This document shows positions 48,892 through 58,868 of a DNA stretch of 64,000 bases, one piece after another (positions within the stretch are counted from its first letter, which is position 1; the number at the start of each line of letters is the position of its first letter). Source of the DNA: a virus. The position numbers and the translations under genes were made by a program. The stretch lies in IMG/VR virus record IMGVR_UViG_3300003937_000247; one strand, written 5' to 3'. Below the pieces are notes generated by a model. The model searched no databases. It saw nothing but the letters and a program-made list of their open reading frames with translations, and had not been told where the DNA came from.

Positions 48892-49686
48892 ATGCCAGTT
48901 AATCACTACTTCCAAGGTGGCAACGGAATTGGAAACACAGCAGAAAAAAGATTACACGAAGATTTAATCATAGAAGGTCTAAAGATATACGGCCTTGACT
49001 GCTTTTATTTACCAAGAACACTAGTTAATAAAGATTTAATTTTAGGAGAGGATACTCTTTCTAAATTTGACGCTTCATATATGTTAGAAATGTATGTTGA
49101 AACGCAAGAAGGATTTGCTGGTGAACAAGAATTAGTATCTAAATTTGGTTTAGAAATTAGAGAAGATACAACGTTTATGATTTCTAAAAGACGTTGGCAA
49201 AATCAAGTTGATAATAAAGCAACTTTAATAATAACAGGTAGACCAAATGAAGGTGATTTAGTTTATGTACCTTTGATGAATAGTTTTTTTGAGATACAGT
49301 TTGTTGAAGACCAAGAGCCATTCTTCCAATTAGGAAACCTCCCAGTTTATAAATTAAGAACAACTAGATTCGAATACAGTTCAGAAAAATTTGATGTTGG
49401 TAGACAAGAAATTGACCAACTTGAAGATAGATTATCAACAGATATATTAAAAGAACAATTAGTATTAGAAGATGGTGGTGGTATGTTATTAGAAAATTCT
49501 GATACAGTAACAGGTGTATATGAATATGTAATATTAGAATCAGATGATTACAATTTAGCAACACAAACTAGAGATTATGCTGATAACACTACATACGAAT
49601 CAGACGCTGGTTTTGGTACTGAAAGTACAGCAGATGATATACTAGACTTTACTGAAAGAAATCCATTTGGAGAGGTTGACGAGTAA
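48892..49686 (+). CDS. gp14: Neck protein gp14
   Basis: 'LIIE.LKIYG....YLPR', 'SKFGLEIR', 'RPNEGDLVY.P', 'FYQLG'-like FFQLG, 'DFTERNPFG'. Confidence 0.95.
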   Translation: MPVNHYFQGGNGIGNTAEKRLHEDLIIEGLKIYGLDCFYLPRTLVNKDLILGEDTLSKFDASYMLEMYVETQEGFAGEQELVSKFGLEIREDTTFMISKRRWQNQVDNKATLIITGRPNEGDLVYVPLMNSFFEIQFVEDQEPFFQLGNLPVYKLRTTRFEYSSEKFDVGRQEIDQLEDRLSTDILKEQLVLEDGGGMLLENSDTVTGVYEYVILESDDYNLATQTRDYADNTTYESDAGFGTESTADDILDFTERNPFGEVDE

Positions 49687-50486
49687 TGTTTGGACAAAGA
49701 TTTTACCACGAGTCATTAAGAAAAGTTGTTGTAGCATTTGGTACAATATTTAATAATGTCATTATTCATAGAACAAATAGTGATGGTGATGTTGTGCAAA
49801 AAATAAAAGTACCTTTAGCATATTCGCCTAAAGAAAAGTTTTTAGTAAGATTAGAACAACAACCTAATTTAGAACAAAGAGAAACTGCTATATCATTACC
49901 TCGTATGGGGTTTGAAATATCAGGTATATCTTATGATTCATCTCGTAAGTTACAAAGAGTAGGTAAGTTTAAAAATGTTAATACTTCAGACGCAAGTAAA
50001 CAATACTATCAATATAATCCTGTTCCATATAATATATCTTTTAATTTATATTCGTTTACAGCAACTGCTGAAGATGGATTAATAATTATAGAACAAATAT
50101 TGCCTTATTTTCAACCAGATTATACTGTTACAATAAATGCAATTCCAGATATGGGAATTAAAAGAGATGTACCTATTACTTTAAATTCTGTAGATTATGC
50201 TGACAGTTATGATGGCTCATTTACAACTAGAAGAGCAGTTAATTATAGTTTAAACTTTACTGCTAAAACATATTTGTATGGTCCTATATACTCTAAATCT
50301 ATTATTAAAGAAACAATAACGGATTTATATACAGACACAACTGGAAGTCCTACAAGAGAAGAAAGAATTGTGGTTGTTCCTAATCCGACAAGTGCTGACG
50401 CTGATGATGATTTCGGATTTACAACAACTATAACTGTTCACAAGGATTCTAAAAATTATAACCCAAGTACTGGAAGTGATGGATAA
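49686..50486 (+). CDS. gp15: Tail sheath stabiliser / terminator gp15
   Basis: 'AFGTIFN', 'KVPLAY.PKEKF', 'LPRM.FE', 'PVPYN', 'EQILPYFQP'. Confidence 0.95.
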   Translation: MFGQRFYHESLRKVVVAFGTIFNNVIIHRTNSDGDVVQKIKVPLAYSPKEKFLVRLEQQPNLEQRETAISLPRMGFEISGISYDSSRKLQRVGKFKNVNTSDASKQYYQYNPVPYNISFNLYSFTATAEDGLIIIEQILPYFQPDYTVTINAIPDMGIKRDVPITLNSVDYADSYDGSFTTRRAVNYSLNFTAKTYLYGPIYSKSIIKETITDLYTDTTGSPTREERIVVVPNPTSADADDDFGFTTTITVHKDSKNYNPSTGSDG

Positions 50487-50491
50487 TTATT

Positions 50492-50980
50492 ATGACTATA
50501 GACGACAAAATAAATGAAGCTCTAGGTATCACACCAGAGAAACCTGCTACAAAAGCAGTAGTTAAAAAAGAATTTACTCCACCTGTTCCTAGATTAGAAG
50601 ATAAGGACAAAGAAGATGTGGATAATGATTACAAATACAGCAGAGAAAATTATTATAATCTTATAGAGCGTGGCCAAGACGCAATACAAGGTATATTAGA
50701 TATTGCAGGTGAGAGTCAACACCCACGTGCTTATGAAGTTGCAGGTAATCTAATTAAACAAGTTGCTGATACAGTTGATAAATTACAAGATTTACAAGCT
50801 AAACTTAAAACATTAAAAGATGTACCTAACAAAACAACAGCAACTATTAAAAATGCTTTATTTGTAGGTTCTTCAGCAGAGTTACATAAAATGCTTAAAA
50901 ACAAAAATAAAAATATAACTCCTGAGGAAGATAAAAACTTTAAAAAAGGTTTTAATCCTGCGGAGCACGTATATGACTGA
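50492..50980 (+). CDS. gp16: Terminase small subunit gp16
   Basis: 'DYKYSRENYY.LIE.GQ.A', 'HPRAYEVAG.LIK', 'NALFVGS..EL.KML'. Confidence 0.95.
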   Translation: MTIDDKINEALGITPEKPATKAVVKKEFTPPVPRLEDKDKEDVDNDYKYSRENYYNLIERGQDAIQGILDIAGESQHPRAYEVAGNLIKQVADTVDKLQDLQAKLKTLKDVPNKTTATIKNALFVGSSAELHKMLKNKNKNITPEEDKNFKKGFNPAEHVYD

Positions 50981-52604
50981 AGCATATCTAGGAAATCCTA
51001 ATTTATTTAAAGCAAATACAAAGATAGAATACACCGAAAAGCAAGTACGTGAGATTGCAAAGTGTATGGAAGATCCTACATATTTTATTACAACATATAT
51101 TAAGATTGTAAATATTGACCATGGTTTAATACCATTTGATATGTACAAGTTTCAGGCAAAGATGGTTGATACTTTTCATAACAATAGATTTTCAATTGCA
51201 AAATTGCCTAGACAGTCAGGTAAATCAACAACAATCATTGCTTATCTATTACATCAAGTTATATTCAATGATAATATAAACGTTGCAATATTGGCCAACA
51301 AAAGTTCAACTGCTAGAGATTTATTAGGCAGACTTCAACTCGCATACGAAAATTTACCTGCTTGGTTACAACAAGGCGTTCTCAATTGGAACAAAGGTTC
51401 ACTTGAATTAGAAAATGGTTCAAAAATACTTGCAGCTGCAACATCTTCAAGTGCGATCCGAGGTGGTTCTTATAATATAATATTCCTTGATGAGTTTGCG
51501 TTTATCCCTAATAATATAGCTGAACAGTTTTTTAGTTCAGTTTATCCTACAATTTCATCTGGTCAAACATCTAAAGTTATGATAGTTTCTACTCCACATG
51601 GAATGAATATGTTTTATAAACTTTGGAATGATTCAGTACATGGAAGAAATGATTATAAACCTATAGAAGTACATTGGTCTGAAGTTCCAGGTAGAGATGA
51701 TAAATGGAAAGAACAAACAATAAGAAATACTTCCGAAGCACAATTTACTACCGAGTTTGAATGTGAGTTTGTAGGTTCAGTTGATACACTTATTAATCCA
51801 GCAAAGCTAAGAATGTTATCACACCATACACCTCTTATTTCAAATGCTGGAATAGATGTGTATGAACAACCAGTAAAAGGAAAAGATTATGTAATGACAG
51901 TTGACGTTGCTAGAGGTACTGTAAGAGATTATTCAGCCTTTACTGTATTTGATGTTTCAAAAATGCCTTATCGTATGGTCGCAAAATTTAGAGATAATGA
52001 AATCAAACCTATTTTATTTCCTCACACAATAGAAAGAGTAGCAAAAAATTATAATATGGCTTATGTTTGTGTTGAAGTAAATGATATAGGACATCAAGTA
52101 GCAGACGCTTTACAATTTGAATTAGAATATACAAACTTATTAATGTGTATGATGAAAGGTAGAGCTGGACAAATATTGGGTGGTGGATTTTCTAAAAGGG
52201 GAACACAATTAGGTGTTCGTATGACAAAACAAGTAAAAAGAATAGGCGCCTCTAACTTAAAAAGTTTAGTTGAAGGCGACAAAATGTACATACCAGATTT
52301 TCATACAATACAAGAATTATCAACATTTGTAAGACGTGGTAGTGGTTGGCAGGCTGAAGAAGGTTCTAATGATGATTTGGTTATGTGTTGTCTTATATTT
52401 GCATGGATAACAAATCAAAGATATTTTAAAGAAATGACAGACCAGGATGTTCGTGCTAAAATGTATGAAGAACAACAACACGCAATAGAACAAGATATGG
52501 CACCATTTGGGTTTATGGATGATGGTTTAAATGATGATAGTTTTCAGGATGACAAAGGCGAAACATGGACACCTGTTACAGTAAGAAAAGGAGAGATGCT
52601 GTAG
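50973..52604 (+). CDS. gp17: Terminase large subunit gp17
   Basis: 'YLGNPNL', Walker A 'PRQSGKS', Walker B 'IFLDEFAF', 'STPHG', nuclease 'DVARG', 'DDLVM'; no intein seen. Confidence 0.97.
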   Translation: MTEAYLGNPNLFKANTKIEYTEKQVREIAKCMEDPTYFITTYIKIVNIDHGLIPFDMYKFQAKMVDTFHNNRFSIAKLPRQSGKSTTIIAYLLHQVIFNDNINVAILANKSSTARDLLGRLQLAYENLPAWLQQGVLNWNKGSLELENGSKILAAATSSSAIRGGSYNIIFLDEFAFIPNNIAEQFFSSVYPTISSGQTSKVMIVSTPHGMNMFYKLWNDSVHGRNDYKPIEVHWSEVPGRDDKWKEQTIRNTSEAQFTTEFECEFVGSVDTLINPAKLRMLSHHTPLISNAGIDVYEQPVKGKDYVMTVDVARGTVRDYSAFTVFDVSKMPYRMVAKFRDNEIKPILFPHTIERVAKNYNMAYVCVEVNDIGHQVADALQFELEYTNLLMCMMKGRAGQILGGGFSKRGTQLGVRMTKQVKRIGASNLKSLVEGDKMYIPDFHTIQELSTFVRRGSGWQAEEGSNDDLVMCCLIFAWITNQRYFKEMTDQDVRAKMYEEQQHAIEQDMAPFGFMDDGLNDDSFQDDKGETWTPVTVRKGEML

Positions 52605-52620
52605 TAAAGGTGACAAAATT

Positions 52621-52628
52621 TATAAATA
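52621..52628 (+). promoter_or_regulatory. T4-type late promoter TATAAATA
   Basis: Exact consensus upstream of gp18. Confidence 0.85.
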
Positions 52629-52677
52629 TAAACGAGATTAAATGATACTTATTAGCTAATAAGAGGAGAACAAACAT

Positions 52678-54603
52678 ATGGCATTTCAAGTTTCACCAGG
52701 TGTTCTCGTACAAGAGAAAGACTTAACAAACGTAATCCCAGCAGTAGCAACTACGATCGGTGCTGTTGCAGGTCAATTTAATCAAGGTCCAATGGATGAA
52801 GTAATATCTATTGCGTCTGAAAAAGAATTGGTAGAAACGTTTGGAAAACCTGACTCTACAAACTTTGAATACTTTTTTAGTGCTGCTAGTTTTCTACAGT
52901 ACTCATCAAGTTTAAGGGTTGTGCGAGCTGCAAACACTTCAAGTGTAAACGCTGTCGTTTCTGGGACAGCTTTAAGAATAAAGAATACAGAGCATTACTC
53001 TAACGGTGACGGAAGTACAGGACCTTATAACGATGGTTCTGCTAACGTTGGCGAGTGGGCTGCAAGAACAGCAGGCGCTTGGGGTAATAACTTAAAGATT
53101 TCAACGTGTCCGAGTGCAACGGCATACGAAGAAACAAATAAAACAACAACTAATGACTCTTCAACAGCAGTAGGAGATACCACTATCGTATTAACATCAG
53201 GAACTGATTTTAATGTAGGTGATATCGTTAACTTCGGCGAATCTGGTGGGCACGAATACAGAATTACAGTAGTTTCAACAAACACTATAACTTTTGTAAG
53301 ACACCCTTCAGGCACAGGCGGACTACACACAGCTGTTGCAAATGGTACACAAGTAAGACGAAGATGGCAATACTATGACCTAGTAGATAAAGCACCAGCT
53401 ACATCAACTTATGCTTCTACAAGAAGTGGAGTAAATGACGAGCTACACATTGTAGTTATAGATGAAGACGGCGCTATATCAGGTACTGCTGGTGAAGTTT
53501 TAGAAGTTTATGATTCACTATCAAAAGCTTCTGACGCTAAAACACCACAAGGTGACACTAACTATTATCCAGATGTAATCTACAATAGATCAGAATATAT
53601 CTATTGGATGGATCACATTGCAACTGGTTCAAATTGGGGTAGTACAGCTTCTGGAGTAACTTCCACAGCTCTTACAGCACCATATAGTAGATCACTAGTT
53701 GACGGTGCAGATGGTTCCGCGGTTACAACTGCTGAATTAAAAACTGCTTACGAACATTACAATGACGCTGATACAGTAGATGTTAACTTAATCATCGCTG
53801 GTAAAGGTGACGCTACTCACGTAGATAACTTAATTACAATCGCTGAAAACAGAAAAGACGCAATCGTATTTGCTTCTCCTGAAAGAAGTGATGTAGTTAA
53901 CGTAACAAACTCTACTACTCAAACAACTAACGTTAAAGGTTTCTTTGACGCTGTTAGAAGTTCAAGTTATGTAGTTTTTGATAGTGGGTACAAATATACT
54001 TACGACAAATATAATGACTTATTTAGATACATTCCTTTAAACGGAGACGTTGCTGGATTGGCTGCAAGAACAGACTTAATCGCAGACTCTTGGTTCTCAC
54101 CTGCTGGATTTAACAGAGGCGGAATTAGAGGTGCAGTTAAACTTGCTTACAACCCAGTCAAAACTCAAAGGGATGAATTGTACAGAGCTAGAGTAAATCC
54201 AATTGTAACTTTACCAGGACAAGGTACACTCTTGTTTGGTGATAAAACTGGACTATCTACGCCGAGTGCATTTGATAGAATAAACGTAAGAAGATTGTTT
54301 ATCACTTTGGAGAAAGCGATATCAACTGCTTCTAAATTCCAACTATTTGAATTTAATGACGAGTTCACAAGAGCTCAATTTAGAAATATGGTTGAACCAT
54401 TTTTAAGAGATGTACAAGGCAGACGAGGTGTTACAGACTTTTTAGTTACTTGTGATACTTCTAACAATACTGCTGATGTTATTGATAGAAATGAGTTTAG
54501 AGCAGATATATTTGTTAAACCAAATAGATCAATCAACTTTATACAACTACAATTCGTTGCGACAAGATCAGGCGTTGCATTTGAAGAAGTGGTAGGAGGA
54601 TAA
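52678..54603 (+). CDS. gp18: Tail sheath protein gp18
   Basis: 'SPGVLVQEKDLT', 'WFSPAGFNRG', 'FDRINVRRLF', 'FEFNDEFTR', 'KPNRSINFI'. Confidence 0.97.
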   Translation: MAFQVSPGVLVQEKDLTNVIPAVATTIGAVAGQFNQGPMDEVISIASEKELVETFGKPDSTNFEYFFSAASFLQYSSSLRVVRAANTSSVNAVVSGTALRIKNTEHYSNGDGSTGPYNDGSANVGEWAARTAGAWGNNLKISTCPSATAYEETNKTTTNDSSTAVGDTTIVLTSGTDFNVGDIVNFGESGGHEYRITVVSTNTITFVRHPSGTGGLHTAVANGTQVRRRWQYYDLVDKAPATSTYASTRSGVNDELHIVVIDEDGAISGTAGEVLEVYDSLSKASDAKTPQGDTNYYPDVIYNRSEYIYWMDHIATGSNWGSTASGVTSTALTAPYSRSLVDGADGSAVTTAELKTAYEHYNDADTVDVNLIIAGKGDATHVDNLITIAENRKDAIVFASPERSDVVNVTNSTTQTTNVKGFFDAVRSSSYVVFDSGYKYTYDKYNDLFRYIPLNGDVAGLAARTDLIADSWFSPAGFNRGGIRGAVKLAYNPVKTQRDELYRARVNPIVTLPGQGTLLFGDKTGLSTPSAFDRINVRRLFITLEKAISTASKFQLFEFNDEFTRAQFRNMVEPFLRDVQGRRGVTDFLVTCDTSNNTADVIDRNEFRADIFVKPNRSINFIQLQFVATRSGVAFEEVVGG

Positions 54604-54607
54604 ACCA

Positions 54608-55135
54608 ATGCCAAATATTAATGACTTTAAAGCTAAGTTAAGAGGCGGAGGCGCTCGTGCCAATCAATTTAGAGTAACAATGCCTTTTCCAGGGTTTGCT
54701 GCTGTAGGTGGGGAGACTGAAACAATGTCTTTTCTATGTACATCAACTAACTTACCAGGAATGACAGTTGCAGAAGTAGCTGTTCCATTTAGAGGTAGGG
54801 AATTATATGTTGCAGGTGATAGAACATTTGCTACATGGACAACTACTGTCTTAAATGATACAGACTTCTTAATACGTAACGCATACGAAAGATGGTTAAA
54901 CGGTATCAACAATATGTCAGATAACGAAGGATTAGTTAATCCAGTAGATTATCAAGTTGACTCATTTGTTGACCAATTAGACCGTAACGGTAATGTGATT
55001 AAATCATATACATTCAGAGGAATGTTTCCAACAACGTTGGATGACATTGCGCTATCTTATGGCGATAACAACTCGTTAGAGTCGTTTACTGCTACACATA
55101 GGTATCAATATTTTGAAACAAACACTACTACTTAA
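54608..55135 (+). CDS. gp19: Tail tube protein gp19
   Basis: 'GGARANQF', 'FRGR....AGDRTF..W..T..ND.DF.IR...E.W', 'QLDRNG'. Confidence 0.95.
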   Translation: MPNINDFKAKLRGGGARANQFRVTMPFPGFAAVGGETETMSFLCTSTNLPGMTVAEVAVPFRGRELYVAGDRTFATWTTTVLNDTDFLIRNAYERWLNGINNMSDNEGLVNPVDYQVDSFVDQLDRNGNVIKSYTFRGMFPTTLDDIALSYGDNNSLESFTATHRYQYFETNTTT

Positions 55136-55172
55136 TACCGTTATAAGTATTAGTAATAGGAGAAACTAAATT

Positions 55173-56819
55173 ATGGCTGAACTGTTTGGGTTTAAAATAG
55201 AGCGTTCAAAAACGCCAACATCAGATCCGAGACAAAACATAGTACCACCACAAGCGGAAGACGGAACACAAACCGTCCCCGCTGGTGGTTTCTTTGCGTC
55301 TTATGGAGGATTTGACGTTACCGCTCGTAACGAGTTAGATTTAATTAGAAGATATAGAGAAGTAGCACTCCATCCAGAGTGTGACCTTGCAATTGAGGAT
55401 ATAATATCTGAAGCAATTGTATCAAACGAAAATCAACAATCTGTACAATTAGATTTAACTAAAATTGAATATAGCGAATCAATCAAAAAGAAAATAAGAG
55501 AATCATTTGTTGAGGTATTAAAATTATTAAATTTTGATATCAAAGGACACGATATTTTTAGAAGATGGTATGTTGATGGAAGAATGTTCTATCATAAAAT
55601 CATTGACAAAGATAGTCCTAGATTAGGAATAACAGAATTAAGATACATTGATCCAAGAAAAATTAAAAAGATAAGAGAAGTTAGAAAGCAAAGAACTGAT
55701 GGAATGCCTAGTTCATTTGCTTTTGAAAATAAATTCCAAGAGTATTATATTTTCAACGAAAGAGGAATACATCCGACTGCAACATCAAACGCAGGTGGAT
55801 TAAGAATAGCGACAGACGCTATTGCTTATTGTCCATCAGGATTAATAGACCAAACTCACAATCAAGTCTTATCTTATTTACATAAAGCAATTAAACCAGT
55901 TAATCAATTAAGAATGATTGAAGACGCTGTTGTTATTTACAGAATTGCTAGAGCACCTGAAAGAAGAATATTCTATATTGATGTAGGTAACTTACCTAAA
56001 ATCAAAGCTGAACAATATTTAAGAGATGTTATGGCTAGATATAGAAACAAACTTGTTTATGACGCAAGTACAGGTGAGATTAGAGATGACAGAAATTATA
56101 TGAGTATGTTAGAAGACTTTTGGTTACCTCGTAGAGAAGGTGGGAGAGGAACTGAAATTACTACTTTACCAGGTGGTCAAAACTTGGGTGAGATTGCCGA
56201 TATAGAATATTTCCAAAAGAAATTATATCGTTCATTAAACATACCAATTAGTAGATTAGAAGGTGGTCAAGGATTTAATCTTGGTCGTGCAGCTGAAATT
56301 AGTAGAGATGAAGTTAAGTTTACTAAATTCATAGGCAGATTGAGAAAGAAATTCTGTATGTTATTCCACGACCTTTTAAAAACACAATTAATTTTAAAAG
56401 GTGTTATTGCTCCTGAAGAATGGCCTGTAATACAAGGTGATATAACATTTAGTTTCTTACAAGATGGATATTTTGCTGAATTAAAACATAGTGAAATGTT
56501 GAGAGAAAGAGTACAACTGGCACAACAATTAGAAATGTATGTTGGTAAGTATTTCTCTAATGAGTATATAAGAACAAAAATATTCAAACAAAATGAAACC
56601 GAGATTGAAGAAATTGATCAACAAATAGAAGATGAAGGTGGGTCAGAACAGGCTGCAATGAACACAGGAATAGGTGGACTTGAACAACAACCCAAAACTG
56701 GGAAAACAAATGGTAAAGAAGCTCCACTAGCAGTAAGTGCTAAACAAAAGGCTGACAAAAAACAATTTAAGGATGCAGAAACAAAAGCTAGAGATTCTTA
56801 TAAAACAGGAGATAAATAG
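55173..56819 (+). CDS. gp20: Portal protein gp20
   Basis: 'FRRWYVDGR', 'YLHKAIKP.NQLRMIEDA.VIYR..RAPERRIFYIDVGNLPK', 'EDFWLPRREGGRGTEI.TLPGG'; variant late box TATAAGTA at 55142. Confidence 0.97.
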   Translation: MAELFGFKIERSKTPTSDPRQNIVPPQAEDGTQTVPAGGFFASYGGFDVTARNELDLIRRYREVALHPECDLAIEDIISEAIVSNENQQSVQLDLTKIEYSESIKKKIRESFVEVLKLLNFDIKGHDIFRRWYVDGRMFYHKIIDKDSPRLGITELRYIDPRKIKKIREVRKQRTDGMPSSFAFENKFQEYYIFNERGIHPTATSNAGGLRIATDAIAYCPSGLIDQTHNQVLSYLHKAIKPVNQLRMIEDAVVIYRIARAPERRIFYIDVGNLPKIKAEQYLRDVMARYRNKLVYDASTGEIRDDRNYMSMLEDFWLPRREGGRGTEITTLPGGQNLGEIADIEYFQKKLYRSLNIPISRLEGGQGFNLGRAAEISRDEVKFTKFIGRLRKKFCMLFHDLLKTQLILKGVIAPEEWPVIQGDITFSFLQDGYFAELKHSEMLRERVQLAQQLEMYVGKYFSNEYIRTKIFKQNETEIEEIDQQIEDEGGSEQAAMNTGIGGLEQQPKTGKTNGKEAPLAVSAKQKADKKQFKDAETKARDSYKTGDK

Positions 56820-56824
56820 ATAAT

Positions 56825-57079
56825 ATGACTAAAGATGATACAAAAAAATTCGTAAATTCACTTGAAAAGGGCGACAACAAACAAGCAGGAACAGACATTA
56901 AAAATGCTCTTGCTGATAAAGTTTCTGGCGCCTTGGACGATGCTAAAGTTGATGTGGCTAAATCTGTATTTACAGGACAGCAAGGTGTAGAAACACCTGA
57001 AGCTAATCCTTTTACAGGTAATGATACAGCTGCAGAAGCTCCTGCACCAGAGGTTCCAAGTGATGAAGTGGCTAAGTAA
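56825..57079 (+). CDS. Small prohead core protein (gp67-like position)
   Basis: Position after gp20; 'ALADKV..ALD..K.DVAKS.F' helix; acidic tail. Confidence 0.6.
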   Translation: MTKDDTKKFVNSLEKGDNKQAGTDIKNALADKVSGALDDAKVDVAKSVFTGQQGVETPEANPFTGNDTAAEAPAPEVPSDEVAK

Positions 57080-57317
57080 TTTTATAAAAGAACAAATTAC
57101 TGAAGCAAACGACTACAAACGTACTAGGCAATATAATAAATTATCTCCTAGAATGAAACGTGCTGTAGATATGGTTTTTAAAGCCGCTGATAAAGACGCA
57201 GATGTGATTGCTAATTTTGAAAAAAATGTTAGTGCAGCTGCAAACAAATTTGGAGTAAAGAAACAAGATTTAATGAAATATTTTGATAAGGAAACATTAA
57301 CAATTTTAAGGAGATAG
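57063..57317 (+). CDS. Small head-module protein (gp68-like position)
   Basis: Start moved to ATG 57063 (AGAGG RBS); 'QITEA' resembles a gp21 cleavage site. Confidence 0.55.
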   Translation: MKWLSNFIKEQITEANDYKRTRQYNKLSPRMKRAVDMVFKAADKDADVIANFEKNVSAAANKFGVKKQDLMKYFDKETLTILRR

Positions 57318-57319
57318 AA

Positions 57320-57697
57320 ATGGCAGTAACACAAAGAGTTCTAACAGACAATGCTTATGGCGCTAAAGTTTTAATAAACTTTGATGGTCATGGCTCAGCT
57401 GTAACTATTGACGCTTCAGCATTAGCAAATAAAGAAGCTTCAGGTGATAGACTAGATATTAAAAAAATATCTTGGTCTTTAGACACAGAAGTGGCAATAA
57501 CTTTTACTGGTTCAAATGTTGTAGAGGCGATTGATCTTGCAGGCGGTACAACAGGTAGTTTTGATTCACACGTTATCACTAACGGTGCAACACAACCTGG
57601 AGACGCTACAGACGCTGATATAATATTAACACCAGGAACTGGTACAGACGGTTTTGTTTATTTGGAACTAATTAAGTCAGTCGGCTTTGGTAACTAA
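57320..57697 (+). CDS. Hypothetical head-module protein (paralog A)
   Basis: AGGAG RBS; similar to 57700-58092. Confidence 0.65.
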   Translation: MAVTQRVLTDNAYGAKVLINFDGHGSAVTIDASALANKEASGDRLDIKKISWSLDTEVAITFTGSNVVEAIDLAGGTTGSFDSHVITNGATQPGDATDADIILTPGTGTDGFVYLELIKSVGFGN

Positions 57698-57699
57698 TA

Positions 57700-58092
57700 A
57701 TGGCTGATACAGTATCTACACAGGTATTAACAGATACTACAGGTGTCAAATATGCGGTTAAACTAACCAATTATTCAGATGGCACAGGTGAAACTTTAGT
57801 ACAAAAGGTTGACGCTTCGGCAACAACTTTTATGACTGAAGACGGCAATCGTAAAATATCAAAAATATTTTGGTCAGTAAATACATCCAATTCAAAGTCT
57901 GCCGTTGAATTAATATGGGATGGTGCAACAAACGCTACAGGTGTTTCGTTGTCTGGTCAAGGTTTTTGGGACTTACGTGCTGATGGTAATGAGATAGCTA
58001 ACAACGCAACAACACCAACAGGTGATGTTTTACTCTCAACAAAAAATTTTGCAATTGGAGATAATTATACGGTTTTAGTGGTATTCAGATAA
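57700..58092 (+). CDS. Hypothetical head-module protein (paralog B)
   Basis: 'VLTD','DASA','I.KI.WS' shared with 57320-57697. Confidence 0.65.
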   Translation: MADTVSTQVLTDTTGVKYAVKLTNYSDGTGETLVQKVDASATTFMTEDGNRKISKIFWSVNTSNSKSAVELIWDGATNATGVSLSGQGFWDLRADGNEIANNATTPTGDVLLSTKNFAIGDNYTVLVVFR

Positions 58093-58099
58093 CAATTTG

Positions 58100-58107
58100 T
58101 ATAAATA
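58100..58107 (+). promoter_or_regulatory. T4-type late promoter TATAAATA
   Basis: Exact consensus upstream of gp21. Confidence 0.85.
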
Positions 58108-58134
58108 ATAAAGAGAAGTTAGAGATAGATACAA

Positions 58135-58782
58135 ATGAGATTAATTACCGAAGAAGTAACACAAGCAAAATACATTGTAGAAGAAGACAAAAATGGCAAA
58201 AAAAATTATGCCATTAAAGGTATTTTTTTACAATCGGACGTGAAGAACAGAAATGGAAGAATCTATCCTAAAGAGATACTTCAAAAAGAAGTTCACAGAT
58301 ATAATAGAGAGTTCATAGAAAAGAATAGAGCATTTGGCGAACTAGGACATCCAGACGGACCTACCGTTAACCTAGAAAGAGTTTCGCATATGATAAAAGC
58401 TCTACATCCCGAAGGCAATAATTTTATAGGCGAAGCCCGAGTTTTGGATACCCCATATGGAAAAATAGTGAAAAGTTTAATAGATGAGGGTGCAACACTA
58501 GGAGTTTCAAGTAGAGGAATGGGCACACTTGTTCAAGCAGGTGGTGCTAACATAGTCAAAGACGATTTTTACCTTGCAACAGCGGCTGATATAGTCGCAG
58601 ACCCATCGGCTCCCGATGCTTTTGTAGAAGGCATTATGGAAGGAAAAGAATGGATTTGGAATAATGGCGTTTTGAAAGAGCAAGAAGTAAACGAATTAAA
58701 GTTACAGGCAGATAAGAAAGCACTATCAGACAGAGCGGAAGTTAACGCAAAAGTCTTTGAAAACTTCCTTAAAAAGCTGTAA
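58135..58782 (+). CDS. gp21: Prohead protease gp21
   Basis: 'GIFLQ...KNRNGRIYP', 'GELGHP', 'GVSSRGMG', 'DIVADPSAPDAFV'. Confidence 0.97.
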   Translation: MRLITEEVTQAKYIVEEDKNGKKNYAIKGIFLQSDVKNRNGRIYPKEILQKEVHRYNREFIEKNRAFGELGHPDGPTVNLERVSHMIKALHPEGNNFIGEARVLDTPYGKIVKSLIDEGATLGVSSRGMGTLVQAGGANIVKDDFYLATAADIVADPSAPDAFVEGIMEGKEWIWNNGVLKEQEVNELKLQADKKALSDRAEVNAKVFENFLKKL

Positions 58783-58785
58783 TTT

Positions 58786-58793
58786 TATAAATA
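58786..58793 (+). promoter_or_regulatory. T4-type late promoter TATAAATA
   Basis: Exact consensus upstream of gp22. Confidence 0.85.
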
Positions 58794-58868
58794 GTAATTG
58801 ACACTTTCCGTAAGGAGAGGTGGATTATTTGCAAAACAACAACTAATAACTAATGAGGAGATAGATCA

